Below the pieces are notes generated by a model. The model was not told the origin of the DNA and did no database searches. It saw only the letters and a list, made by a program, of their open reading frames with translations. A stretch of DNA of 64,000 nucleotides from an uncultured cyanobacterium. GTDB taxonomy: Bacteria; Cyanobacteriota; Cyanobacteriia; Cyanobacteriales; CAWCAG01. Within the stretch, counting starts at the first letter, position 1, and every line of letters starts with the position of its first letter. The DNA lies in NCBI GenBank assembly GCA_963793425.1, contig CAWCAG010000001.1, positions 57,455 to 121,454 on the forward strand, given 5' to 3'. Positions 1-10,719 of the stretch are shown in pieces. The position numbers were made by a program, and so were the translations under genes.

Positions 1-1
1 T

Positions 2-1648
2 ACTGTTACTTTAACCGCTTATGATTTGCAAGTATCCCCTGTTGCCAATAGTTATAGCAATGTTCGTGCCAACCGTCGCCACAGTAGCGGGGCTAATGGT
101 ACGGTGAGTTTAACGGAGACGGGAAGCCATGATTTAATTCCTGTAGGTGGCGAATTTGCTGTTAATACTTTTACCGATGAAGGGCAAGATACCGCCGATG
201 TTACCGCTTTAAAGGATGGTGGTTTTGTGGTGGTCTGGGAAAGTGAAGATCAAGATGGTAGTGTTCAAGGGGTTTATGGGCAGATTTATGATCAGCAAAA
301 TAGTAAGGTGGGAGGAGAGTTTCAAATCAACACAGCTACTACTAACTCCCAAGAAGATCCTCATGTTACTGCTTTGAGGGATGGTAATTTTGTAGTGGTT
401 TGGGAAAGTAATAATCAAGATGGCAACAATCGCGGGGTTTATGGACAGATTTATGATAGTCAAGGTAGTAAGGTGGCAGGGGAGTTTCAAATTAATACCA
501 CTACTAACAACTCCCAGGAAAATCCTAGTGTAACCAACTTAGCTGACGGCGGATTTATGGTTACTTGGGAAAGTCGGGGGCAGGATGGTGATGGAGATGG
601 TATTTATGGACAGCGTTACAACAGCAACGGCAATGTGATTGGTAATGAATTTCCGATTAACACCACTACTAACAATGATCAAACTGTTCCTACGGTAGTT
701 GGTTTAGGCGATGGTGGTTTTGTTACTATTTGGGTTAGCAGAGATCAAGATGGTAGCGGAGAGGGAATTTACACTCAACGTTTTGATGGGAGTAGTAATC
801 CTGTCGGGAATGAGTTACAGGTTAATACAGAAACCATTAATGCCCAAAGAGATCCTCATATCACTGGTTTAAACGATGGTAGCTTTGTTGTTACCTGGGA
901 AAGCAATGATCAAGATGGTGATGGTAAAGGGGTTTATGCCCAAGTTTATGATCTTAACAGCAACACTATCAGCAACGAAATTCAAGTTAATTCCTTCATC
1001 ACCCAAAGCCAAGAAAACCCCAAAGCTACAGCCTTAGCAGATGGTGGTTTTGTGATCGCTTGGGAAAGTTTAGGACAAGATGGTAGCAGTGATGGGGTTT
1101 ATGGGCAACGTTATGATCGCCAAGGAAATAAAATTGGTAGCGAGTTTGCCATCAACACCACTACTAACGATGCCCAAACTAACCCTTCCCTAATTGGTTT
1201 AGCTAATGGGGGCTTGGTGGTAGTTTGGGCAAGCAAGGAACAAGATGGTAGTAGTACAGGAATTTATGGGCAAAGCTTCAGTAAAAATGTTGTGATCGCC
1301 CCTCTTGGGGCAACTCTAACCAGGGAGTTGGGGCAGTTTCCTAATTTTGATACTATTGCTGATACTAGTGATAATGTTTTGATTGTTCCTATGATGCCGA
1401 CAATTCCGACAGGACAATCTTTACCCACTATCATACCAACAATTCCCGTAACAAACTTATCACCTAACTCGTCTCCTAGCTTGCCAGAAACAACCAACTT
1501 AGTTGCCCCCTTCTGTTTTGACTTCAACCTGGCACAACCCAGTTTTCGCCCCGAATATTGTCAAATCAACAGAGTTTGGTATCACTCTTCAGGTTCAACC
1601 CAGCGATCATCAGCTTTAATCAAACTAATCAACTCTTTTACCCCCTGA
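2..1648 (+). CDS. Repeat-rich extracellular-type protein, 5' end outside the window (seven ~55-aa beta-propeller-like repeats followed by a Pro/Thr/Ile-rich tail)
   Basis: The frame is open from nt 2 ([13 protein letters not shown]...), so the TTG listed at 26 is probably internal. There are seven consecutive units with consensus GxEFxINTxTxxxQxxPxVxxLxDGGFVVxWESxxQDGxxxGxYGQxYD. The last 67 nt overlap the convergent ispG. Confidence 0.6.
   Translation, partial: TVTLTAYDLQVSPVANSYSNVRANRRHSSGANGTVSLTETGSHDLIPVGGEFAVNTFTDEGQDTADVTALKDGGFVVVWESEDQDGSVQGVYGQIYDQQNSKVGGEFQINTATTNSQEDPHVTALRDGNFVVVWESNNQDGNNRGVYGQIYDSQGSKVAGEFQINTTTNNSQENPSVTNLADGGFMVTWESRGQDGDGDGIYGQRYNSNGNVIGNEFPINTTTNNDQTVPTVVGLGDGGFVTIWVSRDQDGSGEGIYTQRFDGSSNPVGNELQVNTETINAQRDPHITGLNDGSFVVTWESNDQDGDGKGVYAQVYDLNSNTISNEIQVNSFITQSQENPKATALADGGFVIAWESLGQDGSSDGVYGQRYDRQGNKIGSEFAINTTTNDAQTNPSLIGLANGGLVVVWASKEQDGSSTGIYGQSFSKNVVIAPLGATLTRELGQFPNFDTIADTSDNVLIVPMMPTIPTGQSLPTIIPTIPVTNLSPNSSPSLPETTNLVAPFCFDFNLAQPSFRPEYCQINRVWYHSSGSTQRSSALIKLINSFTP
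146..1285 (+). repeat. Seven tandem in-frame coding repeats of about 165-170 nt each
   Basis: The motifs GGEF/GNEF...INT...DGGF..W.S..QDG...G.YGQ recur at regular spacing in the translated ORF. Confidence 0.8.
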
Positions 1649-2802
1649 TCCTCTGGTACTTTCTTAATCTCTTCTCGCCCTCGATATAGAGATATATAAC
1701 CTGGTTGCTTGCCAACATAACCATAATCTGCATCAGCCATTTCTCCTGGCCCATTCACGATACAACCCATCACCGCAATATCTAAACCAGTCAGATGTTT
1801 AGTTGCTTCGCGAACCTTAGCTAAAACTTCTTCGAGGTTAAATAAAGTTCTACCACAAGAAGGACAAGCAACATACTCAACCATCGTCTTCCGTAAGCCC
1901 AAAGCTTGGAGAATGCTGTAACAAACAGGAATCTCTTTTTCTGGGGCTTCTGTTAAGGAAACGCGGATTGTATCACCGATACCTTCTGCTAATAAAGTAC
2001 CAATTCCCGCCGTAGATTTGATCCTTCCATATTCCCCATCCCCTGCTTCTGTAACTCCTAAATGGAGAGGATAAGCCATACCCAACTCATTCATTCGCTT
2101 AACCATTAAGCGATAAGCTGCTAGCATAACAGGAACTCGCGAAGCTTTAAGAGAAAGAACTAAATTATAAAAATCTAGTGACTCACAAATTTTAATAAAT
2201 TCTAGGGCGGATTCTACCATTCCTTCTGGAGTATCGCCGTAGGTAAACAACATTCTTTCAGCTAAAGAGCCATGGTTAACCCCAATACGCATAGCTTTCC
2301 CTTGATCCCGTAAAGAAATTACCAAAGGTTCTAAGGTTTGACGAATCTTCTGCCCAATTTCATTAAATTCGGCTTCAGTATATTCGTTGCGATCTGTCTT
2401 TGGTTTCTCAAAGACATAGAGTCCTGGATTAATCCGCACCTTATCAACGTGCTTAGCCACCTCCAAGGCAATTTTCATGCCGTTGTGGTGGACATCAGCT
2501 ACCAAAGGAACTGTTTGATAAGTTTGGGTTAATTTTGCCCTAATTTCCCTTAAAGCCTTAGCATGAGCCATGCTAGGTACGGTAACACGGACAATTTCGC
2601 AACCAATCTCATGAAGACGGCGTATAGCGGCAACGGAGCCATCTATATCTAAGGTATCTTCATTAATCATTGATTGCACCACTACTGGATTTCCGCCGCC
2701 AATAGTAATGTCACCCACTCTTACCGGATGAGTTTTGCGCCGTACAATAGCGGTATCGATGGGAGCGGTGATAATAGTTTGAGGATTTTCGAGAGTTTGC
2801 AT
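1582..2802 (-). CDS. ispG: 4-hydroxy-3-methylbut-2-en-1-yl diphosphate synthase (MEP pathway)
   Basis: 406-aa ORF with N-terminal [17 protein letters not shown] and C-terminal Fe-S cysteine motifs ([19 protein letters not shown]), both characteristic of IspG/GcpE. Confidence 0.95.
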   Translation of the reverse strand: MQTLENPQTIITAPIDTAIVRRKTHPVRVGDITIGGGNPVVVQSMINEDTLDIDGSVAAIRRLHEIGCEIVRVTVPSMAHAKALREIRAKLTQTYQTVPLVADVHHNGMKIALEVAKHVDKVRINPGLYVFEKPKTDRNEYTEAEFNEIGQKIRQTLEPLVISLRDQGKAMRIGVNHGSLAERMLFTYGDTPEGMVESALEFIKICESLDFYNLVLSLKASRVPVMLAAYRLMVKRMNELGMAYPLHLGVTEAGDGEYGRIKSTAGIGTLLAEGIGDTIRVSLTEAPEKEIPVCYSILQALGLRKTMVEYVACPSCGRTLFNLEEVLAKVREATKHLTGLDIAVMGCIVNGPGEMADADYGYVGKQPGYISLYRGREEIKKVPEDQGVKELISLIKADDRWVEPEE

Positions 2803-2951
2803 AACCTGTAGGCTGAATTTTCCTTTAAAAGTATCAGCTATGTTTTTTCTTTATTGTCTCAGGTTGCTGACTTGCTTGCAGAGATTTTGACAAAATTCAT
2901 ACTAAAGCGGCCCCTTGTTGACTTCCAGATTTATTGTTAATTATTAGCCAG

Positions 2952-3773
2952 TCATAAAGAGCTAGAATCTAGACTTTCGGCTTCATCAAAGGTTTGGGGT
3001 AAATGAATGCCGCATTCTTGCTTAAGCCCTTGGAAACGGGTATCCCTTTCGTGTCCGTCGTCTGGGGTAAAGGGGCGGCTAGAGTGCCAATCGCCCACGG
3101 TAGTATAGCCTTGGTCAAAGAAGGGGTGATAAGGCATATCATTAGTAGTCAGGTATTGATACACATCCTTGGCATTCCAGTCAAGTATAGGTAAAATTTT
3201 GTAGATATCTGATTGGATGCCCACAAAAGGTAGATTTTTGCGGTGATCGGTTTGGTGGCTTCTTAATCCTGCTAACCAAGCTGTAGCCCCTAATTCCTTT
3301 AAAGCCCTTTGCATTGGCTCTACTTTGCGGATTTGATCGTAGAGATTGAAAGCTTCTACAGTCCCTTTTTCCCAAAGACGGCCATAAATAGCTTCCATAC
3401 GGGCTGGACTAATAGAGGATTGATAAACCTTTAAGTTTAAGTTGAGGCGTTTGCTTAACTCTTCAGCAAATTTGTAGGTTTCTGGGGGGAGATAGCCTGT
3501 ATCGACCCAGATGATGGGAATATTGGGTACTATCCTCGTGACGAGATGCAACATAACCGCTGCTTGAATGCCAAAGCTTGTGGTCATGACTAACCCATCA
3601 CCAAAAGTATCTGTAGCCCACTGAACTATTTGATGAGCATCAGCTCCAGCAAACTGTTTGTTGATAAAATCTATGTCTATTTCTGTAGGGTTTGACTCCA
3701 TGGAAGTAGTCGATTCTCGGTGGTTTGATCGCCTCTGGCTGGGGTCAGAAATGCTTAGATTTAGTTGTGGCAT
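2952..3773 (-). CDS. cysH: Phosphoadenosine phosphosulfate (PAPS) reductase family protein
   Basis: PAPS-reductase motifs ([23 protein letters not shown]) and C-terminal ECGIH are present. There is no CC...CxxC Fe-S motif. The true start may be the internal ATG at 3701 (MESNPTE...). Confidence 0.85.
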   Translation of the reverse strand: MPQLNLSISDPSQRRSNHRESTTSMESNPTEIDIDFINKQFAGADAHQIVQWATDTFGDGLVMTTSFGIQAAVMLHLVTRIVPNIPIIWVDTGYLPPETYKFAEELSKRLNLNLKVYQSSISPARMEAIYGRLWEKGTVEAFNLYDQIRKVEPMQRALKELGATAWLAGLRSHQTDHRKNLPFVGIQSDIYKILPILDWNAKDVYQYLTTNDMPYHPFFDQGYTTVGDWHSSRPFTPDDGHERDTRFQGLKQECGIHLPQTFDEAESLDSSSL

Positions 3774-4048
3774 AATTTTTCTTCTGGTTCAGTTGCAAAG
3801 AAATTTGCGATCGCCTGGTTAGTCTATGTTCCAGAGCATTTTTAGCTCAATATTTGTTGGAGTAGTTGCACTTTCTTTGATTTAGTTTAATTTCTCAACA
3901 AATTACAGCAACTTAGCTAATTTTAATTAGTTCAAGATAAATAAGTAAAATTTAATAATACTTGATGACTACTCCAAACTTATCAAAGAATACTTTACCA
4001 GTTTGTAAGTTATTAATAGAGTAAATTAAGATTGTTTTTCTTGATTAA

Positions 4049-4645
4049 TTATAATTTATTTTGGAACGAACGGTTAGATAAGACTGCTAAAGTCACCTCA
4101 ACAATATCTTGCAAAACTTGAGTATCAGGTTTTGCCTTGGCCATAACGCTTAAACCATTGGCACTGCTAGTCAAATAACGAGCGATCGCTCTTAAATTCA
4201 GACTTGGCTCAATTTCTCCTTTTGCTTGCCCATAAATCAAAGCTTGATAAAAAGCATCTTCCATTTGTTGAAGATGAGCAGTAATTTTAGTTGCTGTATC
4301 TTGGTCATGAAGTGCCAACTCCACTAAGGTATTGGTCATTAAGCAACCTTTACACTCTTTTTTGGTGGTGTAATATCTCAGAAGATTAGCAAAAAAGTTT
4401 CGGATAGCCGTAATTCCTTGAGGAGATGTCGCTAACTTTTTTAGGGCTAAACCATCGCCATAACGATCTAAAGCAGCGAGAAAGAGGCGGTGCTTATCAC
4501 CAAAGGTATCATAGAGACTAGCTCGATTGATGCCCATATGCTCAACCAAATCACTAATAGAAGTTGCTTCATAACCTTTGTACCAAAACAACTCCATCGC
4601 TTTTTTTAGTACTTCGTCCCGATCAAATTCTTTCTGTCTGGCCAT
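4049..4645 (-). CDS. TetR/AcrR family transcriptional regulator
   Basis: 198 aa. The N-terminal HTH (GYEATSISDLVEHMGINRASLYDTFGDK) is typical of TetR regulators. Confidence 0.85.
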   Translation of the reverse strand: MARQKEFDRDEVLKKAMELFWYKGYEATSISDLVEHMGINRASLYDTFGDKHRLFLAALDRYGDGLALKKLATSPQGITAIRNFFANLLRYYTTKKECKGCLMTNTLVELALHDQDTATKITAHLQQMEDAFYQALIYGQAKGEIEPSLNLRAIARYLTSSANGLSVMAKAKPDTQVLQDIVEVTLAVLSNRSFQNKL

Positions 4646-4851
4646 TTATTGCTTTTTGCTACGCCTCTATCCCCTATTTAAGTAGGAAATCTCTGAATTA
4701 TCTAGCTAAAGCTACAATAATCAAGTGAAAAATGCTCCCTACTCTAACAAATTAAGCCATGCAACAAAGGCAGATTTTGTATAACATGATGCAAAGATTT
4801 AGTTAAACCCCGGTTAAGATAAACTTAATAGACAAACTTCGGTTAGAAAAA

Positions 4852-6165
4852 TTGCAGACACTAACTTCGCAAGTTAACCAAACAGATTTTCCTGCCAGTA
4901 TCTTCAAATTGGATAACGGTTTAACAGTTATCCATCAACAAATAGCTGCAACTCCTGTGGTAGTAGCAGATGTTTGGGTAAAGGCAGGGGCAATTAGAGA
5001 ACCCTTAGAATGGTCAGGAATGGCTCATTTTCTGGAGCATATGGTTTTTAAAGGAACTAAACGTATTGCTCCGGGAATGTTTGACCAAATAATTGAAAGT
5101 CGCGGCGGTATAACGAATGCAGCAACAGGCCACGACTATGCCCATTTCTATTTGACCACAGCATCTACTTACCTAGGCGATACCTTACCTCATTTAGGAG
5201 AAATTCTTCTCCAAGCAGAAATTCATGAGGTCGAATTTATGCGGGAACGTGAGGTGGTAATAGAAGAAATGTACTCTTGTTACGATGATCCAGATTGGTT
5301 GGGTTTCCAGGCTTTATGTAGCACCCTTTACCAACAACATCCCTACGGACGTTCTATTTTAGGGGAAGAAGAACAGTTAAAAGGTTATACCCCCAACCAA
5401 ATGCGTTGTTTTCATGCTTCCCACTATCAACCGGAGAATATAACTGTTTCTCTTGTTGGTGGAGTTTGCCAAGAAGAAGCTTTGTCCTTAGCAACAGAGG
5501 CTTTTGGCAACTTCAAAACCCGTTCAGAATCTCCTCCTTGCTTAGTAGAAGCAGAACCACCCTTAACGGAAAATCGCCGTAGAGAACTGCACCTACCTCG
5601 CTTAGAACAGGCAAGGCTGTTAATGGCTTGGATAGGGCCTGGCATCGGAGAAACTGTTGGTAGCTTAATCGATATTAAAGCACAATCTCCCCTGAAAGAT
5701 GCTTATAGTTTAGACCTTTTAGCTGCCATCTTAGCTAGCGGTCGTTCCTCAAGATTGGTACGGGAACTGCGGGAAGAAAAACGCCTCATCCAAGATATTA
5801 GCTGTGATTTTTCTCTCCAGCAAGATTCTAGCCTCTTCACCATCAGCGCCTGGTTAGATGCTGAAAACTTAGAAGAAGTAGAAACCATTATCCGGAATCG
5901 CCTCCAAGAATTACAAACAACTCCCGTTAAACCAGAAGAATTAAATCGCAGCAAACGCCTACTCTGCAATGACTACGCCTTTTCCACCGAAACCCCAAGC
6001 CAACTAGCAGGTTTATACGGTTACTACAACACTGTAGCCACAGCCGAATTATCTGTGGTCTATCCCTTCGGTATCCAAAGAACAACTGAGTTAGATTTAC
6101 AACGCATCGCCAATCAATATCTTTCACCAGAACGATATGCAGTTACAGTAGTAGTTGGTTGTTAA
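4852..6165 (+). CDS. M16 (pitrilysin) family zinc peptidase, catalytic-type subunit
   Basis: The inverted zinc motif HxxEH is present (MAHFLEHMVFKGT). 437 aa, with a TTG start in the ORF track. Confidence 0.85.
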   Translation: MQTLTSQVNQTDFPASIFKLDNGLTVIHQQIAATPVVVADVWVKAGAIREPLEWSGMAHFLEHMVFKGTKRIAPGMFDQIIESRGGITNAATGHDYAHFYLTTASTYLGDTLPHLGEILLQAEIHEVEFMREREVVIEEMYSCYDDPDWLGFQALCSTLYQQHPYGRSILGEEEQLKGYTPNQMRCFHASHYQPENITVSLVGGVCQEEALSLATEAFGNFKTRSESPPCLVEAEPPLTENRRRELHLPRLEQARLLMAWIGPGIGETVGSLIDIKAQSPLKDAYSLDLLAAILASGRSSRLVRELREEKRLIQDISCDFSLQQDSSLFTISAWLDAENLEEVETIIRNRLQELQTTPVKPEELNRSKRLLCNDYAFSTETPSQLAGLYGYYNTVATAELSVVYPFGIQRTTELDLQRIANQYLSPERYAVTVVVGC

Positions 6166-6183
6166 ATAACTGATGATTAGATA

Positions 6184-7437
6184 ATGCCTGTCGAGCAAAC
6201 TCAGAAGATTCATAGTGAAGTTTTAGCTAACGGTATCAAAATACTATTTGTAGAAAATCCTGCTGCGGATATTATTTCTGGTCGGATTTTTTTTAAAGAT
6301 GCTGGCATGAGGGCAATACCCCAAAAAAAGGCAGGACTAACTCATTTATTAGCCTCTGTAATCACCAAAGGAACTCAAGGATTATCCTCTGCCCAAATAG
6401 CGGAACGGATTGAATCTGTGGGGGCAAGTTTAGGGGCAGATGCCGCAGCAGATTACTTTTTAATCAGTCTTAAAACTGTTTCTAAAGACTTCTCGGCTAT
6501 TTTCCAACTTGCAGGAGAAATTCTGCGATCGCCAAGCTTTCCTCAAGAAGAGTTTGAACTAGAACAAGGCTTAACCCTACAAGATATTCGTTCTCAGCAA
6601 GAACAACCTTTTAATGTCGCTTATAACCAACTGCGACAGTTCATGTATAAGCAACATCCCTACGGAGTTTCAGTCTTAGGGACACAAGAAACCGTTTCTC
6701 AATTAACGCGCCAGGACTTACAAGAGTTTCACCAAAATTTTTTCCAGCCTAGTAAAATGGTAGTAAGTATTTCCGGTCGCCTGAAACCGGAAGCAGCTTT
6801 TAAATTAGTACAAGAAACCTTCGGAGATTGGCAAGTTTCCTCAAAGTCCCCTTCGCCTCACGAAATCCCTAATCTTGAATCTCAACCAGAAGCCGGAACC
6901 ATAACTCAAGATACCCAACAAAGTATTGTTATCTTAGGCTATCTCGCTTCATCTGTTTATCAACCTGACTTTTTTGCCCTCAAACTCCTCAACACCTATT
7001 TAGGCAATGGTTTGTCAAGTCGTTTATTTGTAGAATTGCGAGAAAAGCGAGGCTTAGCCTATGATGTCTCCTCTTTCTATCCTACCAGAGTTGATCATTC
7101 TCAATTTGTAGTTTATATAGGAACAGCGCCAGAAAATACGGAAATTGCCTTAACAGGTTTACGTCAAGAAACAAAACGTTTATGCGAAACTGAGTTAACC
7201 TCAGAAGAGTTACAAACAGCTAAAAACAAGTTGTTAGGGCAATATGCGTTAGGGAAACAAACCAACTCAGAAATAGCCCAAATCTATGGTTGGTATGAAA
7301 CCCTTAATTTAGGAGTTGATTTTGACGTTCAGTTTCAAGAAGAAATTGCCAAAGTAACTCCTCAACTTGGCCAAGAAACGGCTTGTCGCTATTTCGGTGA
7401 ACCCTATGTATCTATAGTTGGGCCGGTGGGAGAATAA
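6184..7437 (+). CDS. M16 family peptidase-like protein, non-catalytic-type subunit
   Basis: It is a paralogue of the upstream gene but has LTHLLAS at the position of HxxEH. The gene starts 18 nt downstream of its partner, consistent with an operon pair. Confidence 0.8.
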   Translation: MPVEQTQKIHSEVLANGIKILFVENPAADIISGRIFFKDAGMRAIPQKKAGLTHLLASVITKGTQGLSSAQIAERIESVGASLGADAAADYFLISLKTVSKDFSAIFQLAGEILRSPSFPQEEFELEQGLTLQDIRSQQEQPFNVAYNQLRQFMYKQHPYGVSVLGTQETVSQLTRQDLQEFHQNFFQPSKMVVSISGRLKPEAAFKLVQETFGDWQVSSKSPSPHEIPNLESQPEAGTITQDTQQSIVILGYLASSVYQPDFFALKLLNTYLGNGLSSRLFVELREKRGLAYDVSSFYPTRVDHSQFVVYIGTAPENTEIALTGLRQETKRLCETELTSEELQTAKNKLLGQYALGKQTNSEIAQIYGWYETLNLGVDFDVQFQEEIAKVTPQLGQETACRYFGEPYVSIVGPVGE

Positions 7438-7487
7438 GTAATAGGTAATAAATTAATAACTGTAGGGCTTGCCCTTGCCCTTAGACA

Positions 7488-8537
7488 TCATTGATTATAT
7501 AGAAAGTCTTTTAAACTTAACTGAATAGGTTCAAAAAAACTAGCAGTATACTCACTATAAACTTCTGGTAAAAATGATTTATTACTATTAATAAATAAAG
7601 TATCTCCTAAAACTTGCAAAGCCCTTTCATTAAGAGATTCGATTAATACTTCTGGCATAGTAGCTTGACGATCTGCTATTTGTCTTAAAGCCACTTCATC
7701 CCCTGAGACAATTGCCTTAAATACGCTACGTTGTTCTTCATTAAGGCTAAGATTAAATTCTTGCCACTCTAACCATTCCTTTGGTATATAGCTTTCTCTA
7801 TTTTCTGGCTCTTCTTTAATTATAGGCTGAGACTGGGGTTCTTTTTCCTGAACTAAAGTTTGAGTTTGAGTTTGAGGACTATTAAAACCAGACTCCAACT
7901 GCTTTTTATAACTAGCTAAATTATGAAGATATTCATTGATTTGGTTACGTTGTTTTTGCTTTTCAGAAATTTGTTTACGTAGTCTCTCTAACTCCCCTCG
8001 CGATTGGTTGAGGCGGTTTTCTAACTCCCTAATTTGGCCATTTCTCACTGTAAGGGATAAAGTCATTTCTGAACCAAGCTTTTCAAGCTGTTGTACTTGC
8101 TCCTGGCGCTGCCGTAGACTTGTTTCAAGCTCTTGCTTTTGTTGCTGAATGTAGCCAAGCTCTTGATAGAGAGTGTTACGTTGGTTGTGTAATTCTGAAA
8201 CCCTACTTAGTAAATGATTTGATTCAGTGTGTAGAGCATAGTTTCTCGCTTCTACTTCTTGAATAATTTCTGTAGCCGCTGATAAAGATTGTTGTATTTG
8301 AACTTCTTCTGCTTCTAGTTCTTGAATTTCGTCATAAAGATGGAAACGAAGCTGTTTTTCTTGTCTGATCCGGTTCTGTTTCGCAATTATGACTCCTAAA
8401 TAAGCAGAAGGAACGGTTATTATCCCGGTTAAAAGCGCTTTAGCAAAGTCACGTTGAAGGAATAATCCTAGTCCAAAACTTACACCGAAGGCAACCGAAC
8501 CTAAAACGAGCTGATTAACTGGCTTGCTGAATCTCAT
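7488..8537 (-). CDS. Membrane-anchored coiled-coil protein with a possible TerB-C-like C-terminal module
   Basis: It has two N-terminal hydrophobic helices and about 170 aa of Q/E/L-rich heptad-like sequence. The C-terminal segment (ATMPEVLIESLNERALQVLGDTLF) resembles the INE..A....GD motif of TerB-C domains. The domain assignment is tentative. Confidence 0.55.
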   Translation of the reverse strand: MRFSKPVNQLVLGSVAFGVSFGLGLFLQRDFAKALLTGIITVPSAYLGVIIAKQNRIRQEKQLRFHLYDEIQELEAEEVQIQQSLSAATEIIQEVEARNYALHTESNHLLSRVSELHNQRNTLYQELGYIQQQKQELETSLRQRQEQVQQLEKLGSEMTLSLTVRNGQIRELENRLNQSRGELERLRKQISEKQKQRNQINEYLHNLASYKKQLESGFNSPQTQTQTLVQEKEPQSQPIIKEEPENRESYIPKEWLEWQEFNLSLNEEQRSVFKAIVSGDEVALRQIADRQATMPEVLIESLNERALQVLGDTLFINSNKSFLPEVYSEYTASFFEPIQLSLKDFLYNQ

Positions 8538-8963
8538 ATTTCAGACAGAGCAATGATCCCTAAAAATGGTGTCTATGTGCTGAATTTATCTTATTGTTGC
8601 CTATTACCCTTATTATTTTGCCACAGGAGAGCAAACTAAGTAGCAAGGAGGAGGCTTTTTATCCATCGCAGAACTTAATTAGTCATGGTTTGATGACTAA
8701 GTATTCCCTAGCCTCAAGTTCTGAAAAAATACTGGTTGTTTGTTGCTAAGGAACGTAAAAGGGACTTATTGACAGAATTATAGCGCCATACCTACTTTAA
8801 TCGTAGATACGGCGCTATTAAAATTGTTTTTATTATGTTTAGGGTCTTTATATTGGCTGACCCCATTTGAAGCACTCTTTGATTTTGCCAGCAATTAAGC
8901 TGTTTTCCTGGATTTATTAATAATTTCTTTATATTTCATTTGATTAAATTTCGTTATTTAAGG

Positions 8964-9491
8964 TTAATTTTTACTAATTTGCTGAAGTGAGACCCCTAAT
9001 GCCTTAGATAGCCAAACCTCAAAAGAACGGATAGGATAAGAACGAGCAACAATCGCAGGATCAACCATCGGTTCAACCAAGATAGTAAACATACCCTGGC
9101 GATTTCCGGCCAAAACATCTGTAAACAAGCGATCGCCTACCATTGCAACTTGCTTGACTGGCAAGCCCATTTCTTGGGCAGCTTGCTTTAATTTACGTCG
9201 AGAGGGCTTTTTCGCAGCCAGCAAATAGGGCAAATCAAGTTCTTTGGCAATATTACCGATTCGAGTTTCACTAAGGTTATTGCTTACTAACCAGATTTGT
9301 GCCAATTTCCTCGTTTCTTCGATCCACAGGGCAACATCAGGGGAAACCTGCTTGATTTTAATGGGAACGAGGGTTTCATCTACATCTAAAATTAGACCCT
9401 TAAGATTGTACTGTTGGAGTATATCTGGAGTAATACCAATTACCGGACCTTCTAGAACTAAGTCAGGTTGTAAGTTTGATGCCCAAGCCAT
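8964..9491 (-). CDS. HAD-IIIA (YqeG-like) family phosphatase
   Basis: 175 aa. HAD motif I is LILDVDETLV, and the downstream motifs are VSNN and MVGDRLFTD. Confidence 0.8.
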   Translation of the reverse strand: MAWASNLQPDLVLEGPVIGITPDILQQYNLKGLILDVDETLVPIKIKQVSPDVALWIEETRKLAQIWLVSNNLSETRIGNIAKELDLPYLLAAKKPSRRKLKQAAQEMGLPVKQVAMVGDRLFTDVLAGNRQGMFTILVEPMVDPAIVARSYPIRSFEVWLSKALGVSLQQISKN

Positions 9492-9547
9492 AGTTTTTTT
9501 AGTTATTTTGAGAGTGATAATTTGTTATGGATTACTAACAACTTAAC

Positions 9548-10621
9548 CTACTGCTGGGCCTCTCTTTGTTGGCGAATAGCATTTTTAGCGGCTTCATGTT
9601 CTTGCACAGTTTTACTAAAAAAGTGAGTTCCATCGTAGCGGGCGACAAAATAGAGATAAGGGGTGTCTTCAGGATTAAGGGCAGCTTTGAGACTAGCTGA
9701 ACCAGGATTAGCAATAGGAGTAGGAGGAAGACCAGGATTAAGATAGGTATTATAGGGAGAAGGAGTCTTAACTTGAGCAAAGCTTAGGGGTTGATCAGCG
9801 GTTTGTTGAATATTCAAACCGTATTCAACGGTAGGATCAGTTTCTAGTTTCATACCTTGCCGTAAACGGTTAATAAAGACTCCGGCAATAGTAGAACGTT
9901 CTTCATCTATTACTGCTTCTTTTTCGACAATACTGGCTAGACTGAGCCATTGATAAAAAGTTAGTCTCTTGCTTTCCCCTTGTTGATATATAGGTAAAGC
10001 CACCTCTTCAAAGCGCTTTAACATCATCTCAATAACTTGTTCAGGAGTGACGCGATCGCTAGCTAATTGATAGGTATCTGGATATAAAAAACCTTCTAAA
10101 TGGGGTATATCCTGGGGTAACCAAGCATATTCTGCTTGAGGATTTTGTCTGGTGGCGCTAACAAAATCCTCCGAAGGAAAATAGCCGAGGGATTCAAAAT
10201 AGCTAGCCATTTGCTTGATTGTCCAACCTTCAGGGATAGTAAACTTAAGTTGAATTACATCCCCCTGCCAAATAGTACGAGCAATTTTGGGTAAAGATTC
10301 TGTGGGAGAAACCTTATAAGTACCAGCTTTGAAATGCCCTGTTGGTTCTTTTAATTTCATTTGCCATGCCCACAACTGCCAAGCCTGACTAGATTTAATT
10401 AAATCAGCAGCTTGTAAATCTTGGCCAATTTGTTTAGTGGCAGTTCCAGCAGGAACATTTATTTGGACTGTTTCATCTGCTTCAGTGGTTTGGGAATTAG
10501 ACTGAGTTTTAGCAAAAGTTGGGGAAATAGCCCAACTAAACCAACTCCAACCTTGCAAAGCACAAAAACTCAAGAAAATGGGCAAAACAATTAAATAATA
10601 AAACCATTTAAAAACTTTCAT
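9548..10621 (-). CDS. mltG: Endolytic murein transglycosylase MltG (YceG-like)
   Basis: N-terminal TM helix plus YceG signatures LASIVEKEA, GVFINRLRQGMKLETDPTVEYG, SPYNTYLNPGLPPTPIANPG. Confidence 0.9.
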   Translation of the reverse strand: MKVFKWFYYLIVLPIFLSFCALQGWSWFSWAISPTFAKTQSNSQTTEADETVQINVPAGTATKQIGQDLQAADLIKSSQAWQLWAWQMKLKEPTGHFKAGTYKVSPTESLPKIARTIWQGDVIQLKFTIPEGWTIKQMASYFESLGYFPSEDFVSATRQNPQAEYAWLPQDIPHLEGFLYPDTYQLASDRVTPEQVIEMMLKRFEEVALPIYQQGESKRLTFYQWLSLASIVEKEAVIDEERSTIAGVFINRLRQGMKLETDPTVEYGLNIQQTADQPLSFAQVKTPSPYNTYLNPGLPPTPIANPGSASLKAALNPEDTPYLYFVARYDGTHFFSKTVQEHEAAKNAIRQQREAQQ

Positions 10622-10719
10622 TTCCTAGCCAGTTAAAAGTAAACTACTGCCATTGAATCAAAGATTACTGTTGTGGACTCTAACTTAAGAAATAAATACA
10701 AGCTTAAGTTACCGAGGAA

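Noticed and set aside
209-1527. Minus-strand ORFs 209-490 and 1264-1527 inside the repeat-protein gene
   Set aside because: They are antisense to a clearly coding, repeat-structured ORF. Their translations are low-complexity mirror images of the repeats, so they are most likely frame artefacts.
9535-9780. 81-aa Leu-rich ORF overlapping the mltG 3' end
   Set aside because: It is an alternative frame of the well-supported mltG gene, and its translation is low-complexity.
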